In this document: piece after piece, positions 40,964 through 50,642 of the stretch
Numbering within the stretch: position 1 is the stretch's first letter
How the letters are laid out: each line of letters starts with the position of its first letter
DNA from: an uncultured Pseudomonadota bacterium
Lineage (GTDB): Bacteria > Oederibacteriota > Muellerivitia > Muellerivitales > Muellerivitaceae
DNA: 64,000 nucleotides
Assembly: GCA_963836235.1 (NCBI GenBank)
Contig: CAWIIP010000004.1
Location: 64,001 to 128,000 of the forward strand
Direction of reading: 5' to 3'
Position numbers and translations under genes: made by a program
The notes under the pieces: generated by a model
Told to the model about the DNA's origin: nothing
The model's database searches: none
What the model saw: the letters and a program-made list of their open reading frames with translations, nothing else

Positions 40964-40977
40964 TAAGTCTTATAAAC

Positions 40978-41016
40978 AAAAAAGCCCTGGCTCCATTTTG
41001 GAGTCGGGGCTTTTTT
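40978..41016. terminator. Bidirectional intrinsic terminator between convergent genes
   Basis: A6-GCCCTGGCTCC-ATTTT-GGAGTCGGGGC-T6. Confidence 0.88.
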
Positions 41017-41029
41017 CTATAACCTATTT

Positions 41030-42097
41030 TCAGGCGACGGTGACGTCCTTACAAAGATAGACATCTTGGATCGTTTGCAGGAGCTTGGCTCCTTCTTCCA
41101 TCGGACGCTGGAAAGCCTTGCGGCCGGAAATCAGGCCCATGCCGCCCGCGCGCTTGTTGATGACCGCGGTTTTGACCGCTTCGGCGAAGTCGTTCTCGCC
41201 GGAAGCGCCGCCGGAGTTGATCAATCCCGCCCGGCCCATGTAGCAATTCGCTACCTGCCAACGGGTCCACTCGATGGGGTGATCGGGGCAAAGCGTGTCA
41301 TACATACGCTTGTCGAACTTTCCATAAGAAGATTCTTGGTTCAGGTAAGCGAAACCGCCGTTATTCTCGGGCAGCTTTTGTTTGATGATGTCGGCCTCGA
41401 TGGTGACGCCCAGGTGGTTGGCTTGGCCGGTCAGGTCGGCGGAGACGTGGAAGTCTTTTTCCTTGGTTTTAAAGGCCTTGTTGCGCACGTAGCACCAAAG
41501 AACTGTGAACATCCCGTACTCATGGGCTTGTTGAAAAGCCTTGGTCGTTTCCTCAATCTCCTTTTGGGAGTCTTCGCTTCCGAAATACACCGTAGCGCCG
41601 ATTCCGGCGGCTCCCATGTCATAGGCCTGCTTGACCGAACCGAAATAAAATTCGGAAGCCTTATTGGGATAGGTCAAAAGCTCGTTGTGGTTGAGCTTGA
41701 CGAGGAAAGGAATCTTATGGGCGTATTTGCGAGACATGATGCCCAAAACCCCCAAAGTGGAAGCCACCGCGTTACAGCCGCCCGCGAGGGCCAGCTTGAT
41801 GATGTTTTCGGCGTCAAAATAAATGGGATTTTTGGCGAAAGAAGCCCCGGCGGAATGCTCGATGCCCTGGTCCACCGGCAAGATGGAGACATAACCAGTG
41901 CCTGCCAAGCGACCCGCGTTATAAAGCCAATTCAGGCTGGAAAGGACGCGGTTGTTGCGGTCGGATTGGGCGAAAATGCGGTCGACCCAGTCGCCATCGG
42001 GAATATGGAGCGAATCCTTGGAAATTCCCTTGCACTTATAGCCCAGCAAGTCCTTGGCCTGAGTTCCCAAGTGTTTTTCAATATCGGAGATATTCAT
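41030..42097 (-). CDS. fbaB: Class I fructose-bisphosphate aldolase (FbaB/DhnA type)
   Basis: [50 protein letters not shown]. Confidence 0.95.
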   Translation of the reverse strand: MNISDIEKHLGTQAKDLLGYKCKGISKDSLHIPDGDWVDRIFAQSDRNNRVLSSLNWLYNAGRLAGTGYVSILPVDQGIEHSAGASFAKNPIYFDAENIIKLALAGGCNAVASTLGVLGIMSRKYAHKIPFLVKLNHNELLTYPNKASEFYFGSVKQAYDMGAAGIGATVYFGSEDSQKEIEETTKAFQQAHEYGMFTVLWCYVRNKAFKTKEKDFHVSADLTGQANHLGVTIEADIIKQKLPENNGGFAYLNQESSYGKFDKRMYDTLCPDHPIEWTRWQVANCYMGRAGLINSGGASGENDFAEAVKTAVINKRAGGMGLISGRKAFQRPMEEGAKLLQTIQDVYLCKDVTVA

Positions 42098-42257
42098 GTT
42101 CCCGTCCTTCGTTGGAATTTAAACGCGATTCAGCGTGGTAAAAAGCCTTTAAATGAGCCACTACTAATACAAAATTGGGGTGCAATAAGCAAGCCAAAAG
42201 CCTGCTTGGGGCGTCAGTCCCTCATGTAGGAGTGAAGGATTGGAATTTCCATCATCT

Positions 42258-42611
42258 TTATTTCCAAGTTTTGTTGAATTCCTCCTCCTTGAAGCCGATG
42301 GTGGCTTTTTCACCCTCTACCAACAAGGGGCGTTTGATAAGCCGACCGTTTTTCGAGAGGAGTTCCAGCAATTGGTCTTCCGTCATCGTCTTCACTTTCT
42401 CCTTCATGTTGAGGAGACGGTACTGCTCGCCGCTCTTATTCAGAAGGTCGGTGATCTTCTTACCGCTCAGGTTTAATATTTTCTTCAATTCGGTTTTTCC
42501 AGGTGGGGACAAGGTGATGTCGGTGGATTTCAAGTCTTTGTGGTACTTTTCCAGCCACTTTTGGGCGTTTCGGCAGGTGGAGCATTTGGGATATTGGTAA
42601 AACTCAAGCAT
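42258..42611 (-). CDS. ArsC/Spx-MgsR family thioredoxin-fold protein
   Basis: YPKCSTCR.A.KWL and LIKRPLL motifs. Confidence 0.88.
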   Translation of the reverse strand: MLEFYQYPKCSTCRNAQKWLEKYHKDLKSTDITLSPPGKTELKKILNLSGKKITDLLNKSGEQYRLLNMKEKVKTMTEDQLLELLSKNGRLIKRPLLVEGEKATIGFKEEEFNKTWK

Positions 42612-42724
42612 GTTTTCCTCCCTGAAATTGAGGTTTTTGAGAAAGGTTATTTAACTTGAGAAAGAACCTAAAAGCTAGTTTGATATAAGCCGTTTTCCAA
42701 ATGTTTAATTAGGGGGATCTCGAT

Positions 42725-43486
42725 ATGGTTTTAACCGGAGGAAGACTGGCTTTCCTTTTGGTATTGGGCGGCTTAACGTCACTGGTTTGGGCGGATGATT
42801 CGGATCAAAGCCCGCAAGCCCAACTTTTCGTGGCGCAGGTCAAGGGGGAAGCCTATGTCGTTCATAATGACAAGCAAAACCAAGCCATTGCCCCCGAACC
42901 TCTTGTCGAAAACGACAGGATCAAGACTGGGCCTGACGGTAAAGCCTACCTGGAATTTCAAAATGGCGGAATCGTGGAGGTGGGCGCCAAAAGCGATGTG
43001 ACGGTCAAACAACTCGAAATCACTCCCGATGATTTTAAAGCCCGGTTTCTTTTAGCCTGGGGGAAATTCCGGGCGAAGGTCAAGAAGCTGACTAGCTCGA
43101 AATCCTCCTTTGAAGTTGAGGCCGGCGGCGTGGTGGCGGGTGTTCGCGGCACGGTCTTCGGAGTGAATTATGATCAAACAAAGAAAGAAGTGGATGCCCA
43201 GATCTATGAGGGCTCTATTTTCACCCGCGCGGGGGGAAAGGAAGAAATTGTCGATAAGGGATACACCATGGCGGTGGAGAAGACGGGACTGTCGGTGAAA
43301 TCGCCCTTGACCGGTCAGCAGATGAATGGCTTCGAGGATTTTGTCAATGTCTCGGGACAGTTGGAACAAAAGAAGCAGCAGCTTCTCCAGCAGATGCATG
43401 ACAATCTCATGGGTAAAATGCCCGACGTCGTTAAACAGCATGAGAATGACTTGAACAACGCGATCGGACAGAAACTGCCTTTTTAA
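42725..43486 (+). CDS. Exported FecR-domain protein
   Basis: Signal peptide; D.IKTG.DG.A.L.F.NG; FEV.....VAGVRGT.F.V. Confidence 0.8.
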   Translation: MVLTGGRLAFLLVLGGLTSLVWADDSDQSPQAQLFVAQVKGEAYVVHNDKQNQAIAPEPLVENDRIKTGPDGKAYLEFQNGGIVEVGAKSDVTVKQLEITPDDFKARFLLAWGKFRAKVKKLTSSKSSFEVEAGGVVAGVRGTVFGVNYDQTKKEVDAQIYEGSIFTRAGGKEEIVDKGYTMAVEKTGLSVKSPLTGQQMNGFEDFVNVSGQLEQKKQQLLQQMHDNLMGKMPDVVKQHENDLNNAIGQKLPF

Positions 43487-43499
43487 AAGGTTAATAGGA

Positions 43500-44438
43500 A
43501 TGCCTCCAAAACCCTTTCGCGCTTTGTGCTTGGGCAACGTGCTGATGGACGTGCTGGTAAAGCCCGTGGACAAATTGCCACCTCCGGGTGGTCTGCTATC
43601 AGTGAAGCATGTCGAATTGGCTTTGGGCGGATGCGCCTCCAACACTTCGGTGGCTTTGAGCCGGCTGGGGGTAGGGACGTCACTTTGGGGCAAGGTGGGG
43701 CAGGATCATTTCAGCCAGTTCGCCTTGCAAGAACTGGATCGGTCGGGCGTTGAGACGTCTGGGATGGTAAAGGACCCTAAGGTCTCCACTTCGGCCACGG
43801 TAGTGCTGGTGGATTCCAAAGCCCGGCGTTCTTTTCTTCATTCGGTCGCCGCCAATGACCATATCCATCGGGGTGACTTAAAACTTTCACGACTTTCTTA
43901 TTTTAATCACCTGCATATAGGCGGTTATTTTTTATTTCCAGCTTTGGATGGATCTCCTATGGCCGGGATATTACGGGAAGCCCAAGGGAAAGGGCTGACG
44001 ACCTCGCTGGATACGGCTTGGGATTTAAAGGGCCGCTGGATAAAAGCACTGAAACCTTGCCTCCCCTATCTCGACTACTTCATGCCCAGCGAAAGGGAAG
44101 TGAAGATGCTCCTTGGGTACACCCATCCGGTTAAGGCCGCCAAAGCTTTCCTGCGGATGGGCAGTAAGTGTGTCGTAATAAAGCTAGGTGAAAAAGGTTC
44201 CTATTTCTTGAGCCGAAAGGGTGAAAGCGGCCAGGTCCCGGCCTTTAAGGCCAAAGTGGTGGATACAACCGGCGCGGGGGATTGTTTTTGCGCGGGATTT
44301 ATCAAGGGCCTGTCACTCAGGTGGAGCTTAAGGGAATGCCTGCGATTGGGGAACGCCGCAGGCGCTTGCGCTGTTTCCAAGTTGGGGGCTACGGCAGGAT
44401 TACGATCCTTTACACAAGTTTGTGCTTATTTAAAATGA
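43500..44438 (+). CDS. PfkB/ribokinase-family carbohydrate kinase
   Basis: GGCASNT..ALSRLG, GKVGQD, VIKLGEKG, VVDTTGAGDCF.AG. Confidence 0.93.
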   Translation: MPPKPFRALCLGNVLMDVLVKPVDKLPPPGGLLSVKHVELALGGCASNTSVALSRLGVGTSLWGKVGQDHFSQFALQELDRSGVETSGMVKDPKVSTSATVVLVDSKARRSFLHSVAANDHIHRGDLKLSRLSYFNHLHIGGYFLFPALDGSPMAGILREAQGKGLTTSLDTAWDLKGRWIKALKPCLPYLDYFMPSEREVKMLLGYTHPVKAAKAFLRMGSKCVVIKLGEKGSYFLSRKGESGQVPAFKAKVVDTTGAGDCFCAGFIKGLSLRWSLRECLRLGNAAGACAVSKLGATAGLRSFTQVCAYLK

Positions 44439-44475
44439 TTTCACCGGAAAAATTTGAGGTTATAGTAAGGCTCCT

Positions 44476-46533
44476 ATGAAAAACCTTTGGTCGGACAAAA
44501 AATTCAAAAAACTCTCCGGGGTGGACTTGCTTGCCTACACGAGCCACTTGATCGGGGCTAATCCCGAATTGGTGGTTTGGGGCGGGGGGAATAGCTCACT
44601 CAAATGCCTGGAAGCGGACCACAAAGGCCAACGTACCCGGGTGATGTATATCAAGGGGTCCGGTTCGGACATGCGCACGATCGAGCGAAAACACTTCACC
44701 CGCCTTCGCCTGGACGACCTCCTGCTTTTGCAAAAAAGGGAATCCATGACGGACGAGGCGATGGTGGAATATCTGGGCCAGGCCATGATGGGCGGAAACC
44801 AGCCCCGGCCTTCCATCGAGACATTGCTCCACGCTTTTGTGCCCCACGGCCATGTGTACCACTCCCACGCGGACGCTATCACTTCCTTGACCGATACACC
44901 CAACAGCCAAGTTTTGATCGCCAAGTTGTTCGGGAAGGAACTGGCCCTCATACCCTATACCCGCCCCGGTTTCACCCTTTCCAAGTGGGTGGCGGCCATC
45001 GCCCAATCCCGGTTGGATTTGAAGGGGGTCATCCTAGACAAACATGGGCTCATTACCTGGGGAAAAACGGCCCAAGAGGCTTATGAACGGACCATCGGGT
45101 TTTGCACCCGAGCGGAAAAATTCATCCAGGCGGCCAAAAGCAAAAGGCCGGCTTCCTTGGGCCGGGTCACCGTAAAGCCGGTTCCGGCATCCGAACGGCA
45201 AAGGCGCATGGCCGAATTGCTCCCAGTAATCCGAGGGACAGTCAGCGAGAACCAAAGAATGATTCTGCTTTGGGACGATTCTCCCGAGGTTTTGGATTTC
45301 ATCGGAAGGCCGGGAGCCGCCAAGGCTTCCCAACTAGGCCCCATGACGCCAGACCATTTGATGTATATCAAGCCAAAACCCCTGTTTATGGGGAAACCAT
45401 TCGCCGATTCCTTGAAATTGGCCCAACAGCTCAAGAAAGAACTTCTTCTATATAAGCAGAATTACATACGTTACTTTCACCGCTACAAAGAAGGTGAGTT
45501 GACCCAATTGGACCCTTACCCCCGAATCATTCTTATCCCCGGCTTGGGGATGGTGACCACGGGCAAAAACTGGCAGGCGGCCAAGATCGTCCAAGACCTT
45601 TATCACCATAACCTGCGGGTGATCCAGAACGCTTCCGCCATCAGCCGATTCCAGGCTATCAACGAGAAAGAAATCCATCGCTTTGAATACTGGCCTCTCG
45701 AGAACTACAAACTCACGCTGTTACCCAAGGAAAAGGAATTTTCCAGGCGCATTGTGCTGGTCACCGGCGGAGCCAGCGGTATCGGCCGGGCAACGGCCTT
45801 TGCTTTCGCCCAGGAAGGGGCCCAGGTTTTCGTAACGGACTTGAACGCCCAAGGCGCGTTGGAAACGGCCCAGGCCATCTGCCAAAAGTACGGGGACCAC
45901 GTGGCGGAAGGTTGGGGAATGGACGTGGGTAGCGAGAAAAGCGTCCAAGCGGCTTTTGAAAAATGCGTCCTGGCCTTTGGGGGATTGGATATCGTCTTTT
46001 CCAACGCGGGCATCGCCAAAAGCTCGCCGATCAAGGACCTGAGACTGGCCGATTGGGAATTAAGCCTGCGGGTTAACGCCACAGGACATTTCCTGGTGGC
46101 GCGGGAAACGGCAAGGGTGATGACCCGGCAAGGTTTGGGCGGGTCTTTCGTCCTTAACGCCACCAAAAATGTGACGGCGCCGGGCAAGGATTTCGCGGCC
46201 TATAGCGCGGCTAAGGCCGCCTCAGTCCAGGTGGCCCGCATCCTGGCCCTGGAGCACGGGGAAGACGGCATCCGGGTGAACGTGGTGAATCCTGACGCTA
46301 TTTTTGAGGGTTCCAAGCTTTGGGAATCGGTCAGCCGCCAAAGGGCCAAGGCCCATGGCGTTTCGATTGAGGAACTCAAGGAGTTTTACATCCAGCGCAA
46401 CCTTCTCAAAACCCAAGTGAAATCCGAGGACGTGGCTGAAGCGGTTTTATTTCTTGCTTCCGACCGCGCCGCCAAGACCACCGGGGCCATGTTTCCGGTG
46501 GATGGTGGGGTAAAGGAAGCTTTTCTGCGTTAA
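44476..46533 (+). CDS. Bifunctional class II aldolase / short-chain dehydrogenase (rhamnulose-1-phosphate aldolase-dehydrogenase family)
   Basis: GGGNSS.K, KGSGSD, PSIETLLH, HSHADA, HGLITWG; SDR VTGGASGIG, NAG, YSAAKA. Confidence 0.9.
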   Translation: MKNLWSDKKFKKLSGVDLLAYTSHLIGANPELVVWGGGNSSLKCLEADHKGQRTRVMYIKGSGSDMRTIERKHFTRLRLDDLLLLQKRESMTDEAMVEYLGQAMMGGNQPRPSIETLLHAFVPHGHVYHSHADAITSLTDTPNSQVLIAKLFGKELALIPYTRPGFTLSKWVAAIAQSRLDLKGVILDKHGLITWGKTAQEAYERTIGFCTRAEKFIQAAKSKRPASLGRVTVKPVPASERQRRMAELLPVIRGTVSENQRMILLWDDSPEVLDFIGRPGAAKASQLGPMTPDHLMYIKPKPLFMGKPFADSLKLAQQLKKELLLYKQNYIRYFHRYKEGELTQLDPYPRIILIPGLGMVTTGKNWQAAKIVQDLYHHNLRVIQNASAISRFQAINEKEIHRFEYWPLENYKLTLLPKEKEFSRRIVLVTGGASGIGRATAFAFAQEGAQVFVTDLNAQGALETAQAICQKYGDHVAEGWGMDVGSEKSVQAAFEKCVLAFGGLDIVFSNAGIAKSSPIKDLRLADWELSLRVNATGHFLVARETARVMTRQGLGGSFVLNATKNVTAPGKDFAAYSAAKAASVQVARILALEHGEDGIRVNVVNPDAIFEGSKLWESVSRQRAKAHGVSIEELKEFYIQRNLLKTQVKSEDVAEAVLFLASDRAAKTTGAMFPVDGGVKEAFLR

Positions 46534-46631
46534 ATATGCTGCTAAATATTTGATTTTGCCCATGCCGTCAAAAGAGAGCCGCTTTATAATACCGCCCGCT
46601 TCACTTCCTTTATTTATTTCCGGAGGGTCCG

Positions 46632-48296
46632 ATGAAATCCAACGTCTCCCCATTACAAGCCGCCCGTGCCGCCTACAAGCCCAAGCTTCCCAAGGTCCTG
46701 GAAGGTAATCCCTCGAAAGCCGCCCTGAAGATGGGCCGGGCTACCCGGGCCATCGACGACCAGGATGCGGTTCAAAAACTTTTCCCTAAAACCTATGGCC
46801 AACCGGAGGTTTCCTTTGGTGCTGGCCAGGGTTCTACCTACATGAAAAAGCCCGTCAAAGTGGCCCTGGTTCTTTCCGGCGGGCAGGCGCCCGGAGGGCA
46901 CAATGTGGTTGCGGGCCTTTTCGACGGATTGAAAAAACTAAACAAGAAAAATGTCCTGATCGGCTATCTGGGGGGGCCTTCGGGGCTGATCGAAAATAAG
47001 AAAATTGAAATCACCGACAAGCTGCTGGCGGCCTACCGTAATACCGGCGGGTTCGATATTATCGGCTCGGGCCGGACTAAAATTGAAACACCCGAACAAT
47101 TTGAGGCCGTGAAGAAAAATCTGCTCAAAGAGGGCATCTCCGCCCTGGTTGTCGTAGGCGGCGACGATTCCAACACGAATGCGGCTGTTTTAGCCGAGTA
47201 TTTCAAGGCTCAGGAGACGTTCCTGCGCGTGATCGGGTGCCCCAAAACCATTGATGGGGACTTGAAGAACGATCAGATCGAAGTTAGCTTCGGGTTTGAC
47301 ACCGCTACTAAGGTTTACGCCGAACTGGCGGGGAATGTGGGCCGGGACTGTCTTTCGGCCAAAAAATACTGGCACTTCATCAAGGTTATGGGACGTTCCG
47401 CCAGTCATATCGCGTTGGAAGTAGCCTTGAAGGTGCATCCCAATATCTGTCTTATTTCAGAAGAGGTGGCGGCCAAGCAATGGACTCTGGAGCAAATTAC
47501 TGAACAAGTAGCGCGGGTCGTGGCCGACCGGGCGACGAAGAAGATGAATTATGGTGTTGCCATCATTCCCGAGGGTCTTCTGGAGTTCATTCCGGAGATG
47601 AAAAAATTAATCGGAGAATTGAATGACCTCTTGGCCCATAACGCCGAATTCGAGAAATTGGAAACGGCGGAGGAGAAGATATCTTTCGTGCGCAACCAAT
47701 TGGACGCCGACTCAAAAAACGCCTTCAATTCGCTTCCGCCGTCCATTCAGGCCCAACTTTTGGCCGACCGGGATCCCCATGGAAATGTGCAGGTCTCAAA
47801 AATCGAGACGGAAAAGCTTTTGATCGAAGCGGTGGACCTGAAACTCAAGGCCTGGAAAAAAGAAGGGAAGTACGACGGTAAGTTTTCCGGCCAAGGCCAC
47901 TTCTTCGGTTATGAGGGACGCTGCGCGGACCCCTCCAACTTCGACGCCGACTATTGCTATTCCCTGGGCTTCACCGCTTCCTATCTAGTGGCCTCTGGGC
48001 TTACGGGTTACTTGTCGAGTGTTCGGGATCTTTTGAAGCCCGCTTCCCAATGGAAGGCGGGTGGGGTGCCCTTGACCATGATGATGAATATGGAACGCCG
48101 CCACGGAGTGGACAAACCGGTCATCCAAAAAGCCCTGGTGGATTTAAAGGACAAGCCCTTCAAGACTTTCTCCACCTTGCGCAACCAATGGGCGGAAAAA
48201 GATGATTTCGCGAGCCCTGGCCCTATCCAATTTTGGGGTCCTTCGAACGTGGCCGACGCCGTACCGGAAACCCTACGGTTGGAGCGGGGAAAGTAA
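46632..48296 (+). CDS. pfp: Pyrophosphate-dependent phosphofructokinase (long clade)
   Basis: SGGQAPGGHNV, GGDDSNTNA (PPi-type Asp), PKTIDGDLKN, MGRSASH, GYEGR. Confidence 0.95.
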   Translation: MKSNVSPLQAARAAYKPKLPKVLEGNPSKAALKMGRATRAIDDQDAVQKLFPKTYGQPEVSFGAGQGSTYMKKPVKVALVLSGGQAPGGHNVVAGLFDGLKKLNKKNVLIGYLGGPSGLIENKKIEITDKLLAAYRNTGGFDIIGSGRTKIETPEQFEAVKKNLLKEGISALVVVGGDDSNTNAAVLAEYFKAQETFLRVIGCPKTIDGDLKNDQIEVSFGFDTATKVYAELAGNVGRDCLSAKKYWHFIKVMGRSASHIALEVALKVHPNICLISEEVAAKQWTLEQITEQVARVVADRATKKMNYGVAIIPEGLLEFIPEMKKLIGELNDLLAHNAEFEKLETAEEKISFVRNQLDADSKNAFNSLPPSIQAQLLADRDPHGNVQVSKIETEKLLIEAVDLKLKAWKKEGKYDGKFSGQGHFFGYEGRCADPSNFDADYCYSLGFTASYLVASGLTGYLSSVRDLLKPASQWKAGGVPLTMMMNMERRHGVDKPVIQKALVDLKDKPFKTFSTLRNQWAEKDDFASPGPIQFWGPSNVADAVPETLRLERGK

Positions 48297-48305
48297 AGGG
48301 TTCTT

Positions 48306-48983
48306 ATGGAACCCCGGGTTTTTTCAGAAACTGGTAAGTGGATATGTCCCCGCTGCGGAGAAAAATCCACGGGTTCCAACTGTGGCCATTGCCGGTTTTG
48401 TATTTACGCGGGATTCTTGCCGCGGGTTTTTTCCTCTCTAGTGGACAAGGGCTTCATCTGGTCACTTGCCCAGCTTCTTCTCCTGACCCGCAATTACTCC
48501 CTCACCCATTTTTGGGTGGTGACGGTTGCGGGGTTCCTCTTTTACCGTTTTTACCATATCGGTTGTGTGGCCCTTTGGGGCCAGACACCAGGGAAAATGG
48601 CGGCCAAGATCAAGGTGGTGAAAGTAGATGGATCCTCTGCCGACTGGTAGAATGCTTTTTTACGCAACTCAGTGGAGACGCTCCTGACTTTGGTGGTTCT
48701 GGTCCTGGAAATGAAAGCCGTGACGATGGTTTCATCCGCGGATTTTGCCGCGACGGATTTCGCCAAAAGACCCGCTTTAATGGATAAGTTCCTCCCGGAA
48801 ATAGTGACTTACATCGCTTGGGCCACCCAAGCCTTTGTGCTGAGTGAGTTCGTGGTCTTGTTCCTGAATAAGAAAAAGCGGGCCATACACGACTTCATCG
48901 CTGGGACCGTGGTTATTCATGATCCCCACCTGCCTTTTTTCCCCTGGCACCGGAAGAAGCTGGAACCATTAAAAGCAGTGTAA
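48306..48983 (+). pseudogene. RDD family membrane protein with N-terminal Cys4 zinc ribbon, interrupted by an in-frame TAG at 48648-48650
   Basis: CPRC...CGHC; YAGF..R....VD; GQTPGKM..KIKVV..DG...W*NAFLR; KKRAIHDFIAGTVV continues in the same frame. Confidence 0.8.
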
Positions 48984-49001
48984 AACGACCATCTTTTCAT
49001 A

Positions 49002-49031
49002 TTGCAATCAAATGGCTGCCGAGCCTATACT
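49002..49031 (+). promoter_or_regulatory. Putative sigma70 promoter of the rpsF operon
   Basis: TTGCAA-N18-TATACT. Confidence 0.55.
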
Positions 49032-49167
49032 TCACCTCCCTTGGGGTTTCGGCCCTGAGGTTTGTTCCCGCCGCGGGCGTCAGCCCTTCGCAGGAACCTT
49101 GTTCCCCTGGGCAAGAGAAGGGGGACTATCCTCATCTTTGATGAGGAATCCAAAAGGAGGTTAGTCA

Positions 49168-49704
49168 ATGTCGAATCTTTTAAAGTATGACGTCATCTAC
49201 ATTCTGGACCCCAACTCGACGACGGAGGAAATGACGGCTGTTTCCACGAAAGTCGAGCAAATCGTCAACGATTCCAAGGGAACCGTGCTGAAGAAAGACG
49301 ATTGGGGCAAACGCCGCTTGGCCTACATGGTGAAAAAGCACCGCGAAGGCCATTATGTGTTCTTCCATCTTTCCATTTCGACCGAGACCATCGCGGAAGT
49401 CACGCGTAATCTACGCCTGTTAGAAAAAGTCATCAAGTTTCAAGTCGTCAAGGACACCATCAGCCATCTCAAAGCCAAAGTGAAGCCGCCCCGCGTTAAG
49501 ACCAGCACGACGGAAGGGTCTTCCACACACCGTCCCAGCGGCCAGCGCCATCCGAGTTCGTCCCATGGCCCGTCGCACAGCCATTCCAGTTCGGCTCCGA
49601 CGAACCCGGCTCCCGCTTCAGCCGCTAAGGCCCCGGAAGTTTCCGCGGCGCCTGTTGCTCCCGCGGTTCCCGTTGCCCCTACACCCGCGCCGACGAACCC
49701 CTAA
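49168..49704 (+). CDS. rpsF: 30S ribosomal protein S6 with long low-complexity C-terminal extension
   Basis: YD..YILDP, WGKRRLAY.VKK..EG.Y; AAGGAGGT SD; precedes ssb-rpsR. Confidence 0.95.
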   Translation: MSNLLKYDVIYILDPNSTTEEMTAVSTKVEQIVNDSKGTVLKKDDWGKRRLAYMVKKHREGHYVFFHLSISTETIAEVTRNLRLLEKVIKFQVVKDTISHLKAKVKPPRVKTSTTEGSSTHRPSGQRHPSSSHGPSHSHSSSAPTNPAPASAAKAPEVSAAPVAPAVPVAPTPAPTNP

Positions 49705-49727
49705 CGGCTTAGAAACCGGAGAAGAAA

Positions 49728-50159
49728 ATGGCAAGTTTTAATCGAGTCATCTTGATGGGAAACCTCACGAAGGATCCGGAACTCCGGTATACGGCTGGTG
49801 GAGCGCCCGTTGCCAACCTTCGTATGGCAATCAACCGCAAGTACAAGGGTAAGGATGGAACCGATAAAGAAGATGTTTGCTTCGTGACCGTAGTGGTTTG
49901 GAGTAAAACGGCGGAAGCTGCCGGAGAGTACTTGAAAAAGGGAGATCCCCTGTTTGTTGAAGGAAGGCTTCAAAGTAAAAGCTGGGAAACTGAGGATAAG
50001 CAAAAGCGAACCGTATTGGAAGTTGTTGCGGATCGGATTCAGTTTCTCAGTCGAGGAAAAGGGGCGGGGACGGATAATGTCTCGCATGACGCAGTTGAGG
50101 ATGCAGGCGCTCCGCAAGGGCCCGCCGCTTCCGGCAGCGAAGAGGATATTCCCTTTTAA
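49728..50159 (+). CDS. ssb: Single-stranded DNA-binding protein
   Basis: NRVILMGNLTKDPELRYT; VEGRLQ; acidic EEDIPF tail. Confidence 0.97.
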   Translation: MASFNRVILMGNLTKDPELRYTAGGAPVANLRMAINRKYKGKDGTDKEDVCFVTVVVWSKTAEAAGEYLKKGDPLFVEGRLQSKSWETEDKQKRTVLEVVADRIQFLSRGKGAGTDNVSHDAVEDAGAPQGPAASGSEEDIPF

Positions 50160-50209
50160 TCAAATTAGTTACTAACCCTGAAATACCAAATCATTAAGGA
50201 GAGTCGAAA

Positions 50210-50521
50210 ATGGAAAAAGCACCCGAATTCAAAGGCCCTCGGAGCGAAGGTCCCCGAGGCGAAGGCCGTCCCCGAGGTGAGGGCCGTGAGGGTGGTGGCG
50301 GCCGCTTCCGCCGTCCCCGCCGCAAATCCTGCCGCTTTTGCCAGGAAAAGGTTGTCGCCATTGATTACAAGGATTTCAACCGGATCCGTACTTTCGTCAG
50401 TGAGCGCGGGAAGATCGTCCCGAGCCGCATGACGGGCACCTGCGCCAGCCATCAACGGGAGCTGACCACGGCCATTAAGCGCGCCCGGAATATCGCCCTG
50501 CTTCCTTTCGCCAACGCTTAA
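50210..50521 (+). CDS. rpsR: 30S ribosomal protein S18 (Zn-binding form)
   Basis: CRFC, IDYKD, ERGKIVP.R.TG.CA.HQR...AIKRAR..ALLPF. Confidence 0.97.
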   Translation: MEKAPEFKGPRSEGPRGEGRPRGEGREGGGGRFRRPRRKSCRFCQEKVVAIDYKDFNRIRTFVSERGKIVPSRMTGTCASHQRELTTAIKRARNIALLPFANA

Positions 50522-50530
50522 AAAGCATTA

Positions 50531-50610
50531 GCCGCAGATTTGCGCGGATTAACGCGGATAAAAAAAATGAAATCAAAATTTTTGGATTTAAAACTGCGCC
50601 AATTTGCGGC
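50531..50610. repeat. Short imperfect inverted-repeat element built of 10-bp CGC(A/G)GAT units
   Basis: GCCGCAGATT-TGCGCGGATT-AACGCGGATA ... CTGCGCC-AATTTGCGGC around an AT-rich core. Confidence 0.6.
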
Positions 50611-50642
50611 CAGTCTTCGCTTTTAGGTTAGAGGAGGGGGTC

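Noticed and set aside
41066-42229. 387-aa plus-strand ORF
   Set aside because: Antisense to the well-conserved fbaB, with no recognisable motifs
42725-43486. FecI/FecR signalling cascade
   Set aside because: No ECF sigma factor or TonB-dependent receptor nearby, and the protein has a cleavable signal and no cytoplasmic anti-sigma domain
48648-48650. Genome-wide TAG reassignment
   Set aside because: aroQ and rplI end at TAG at their expected lengths
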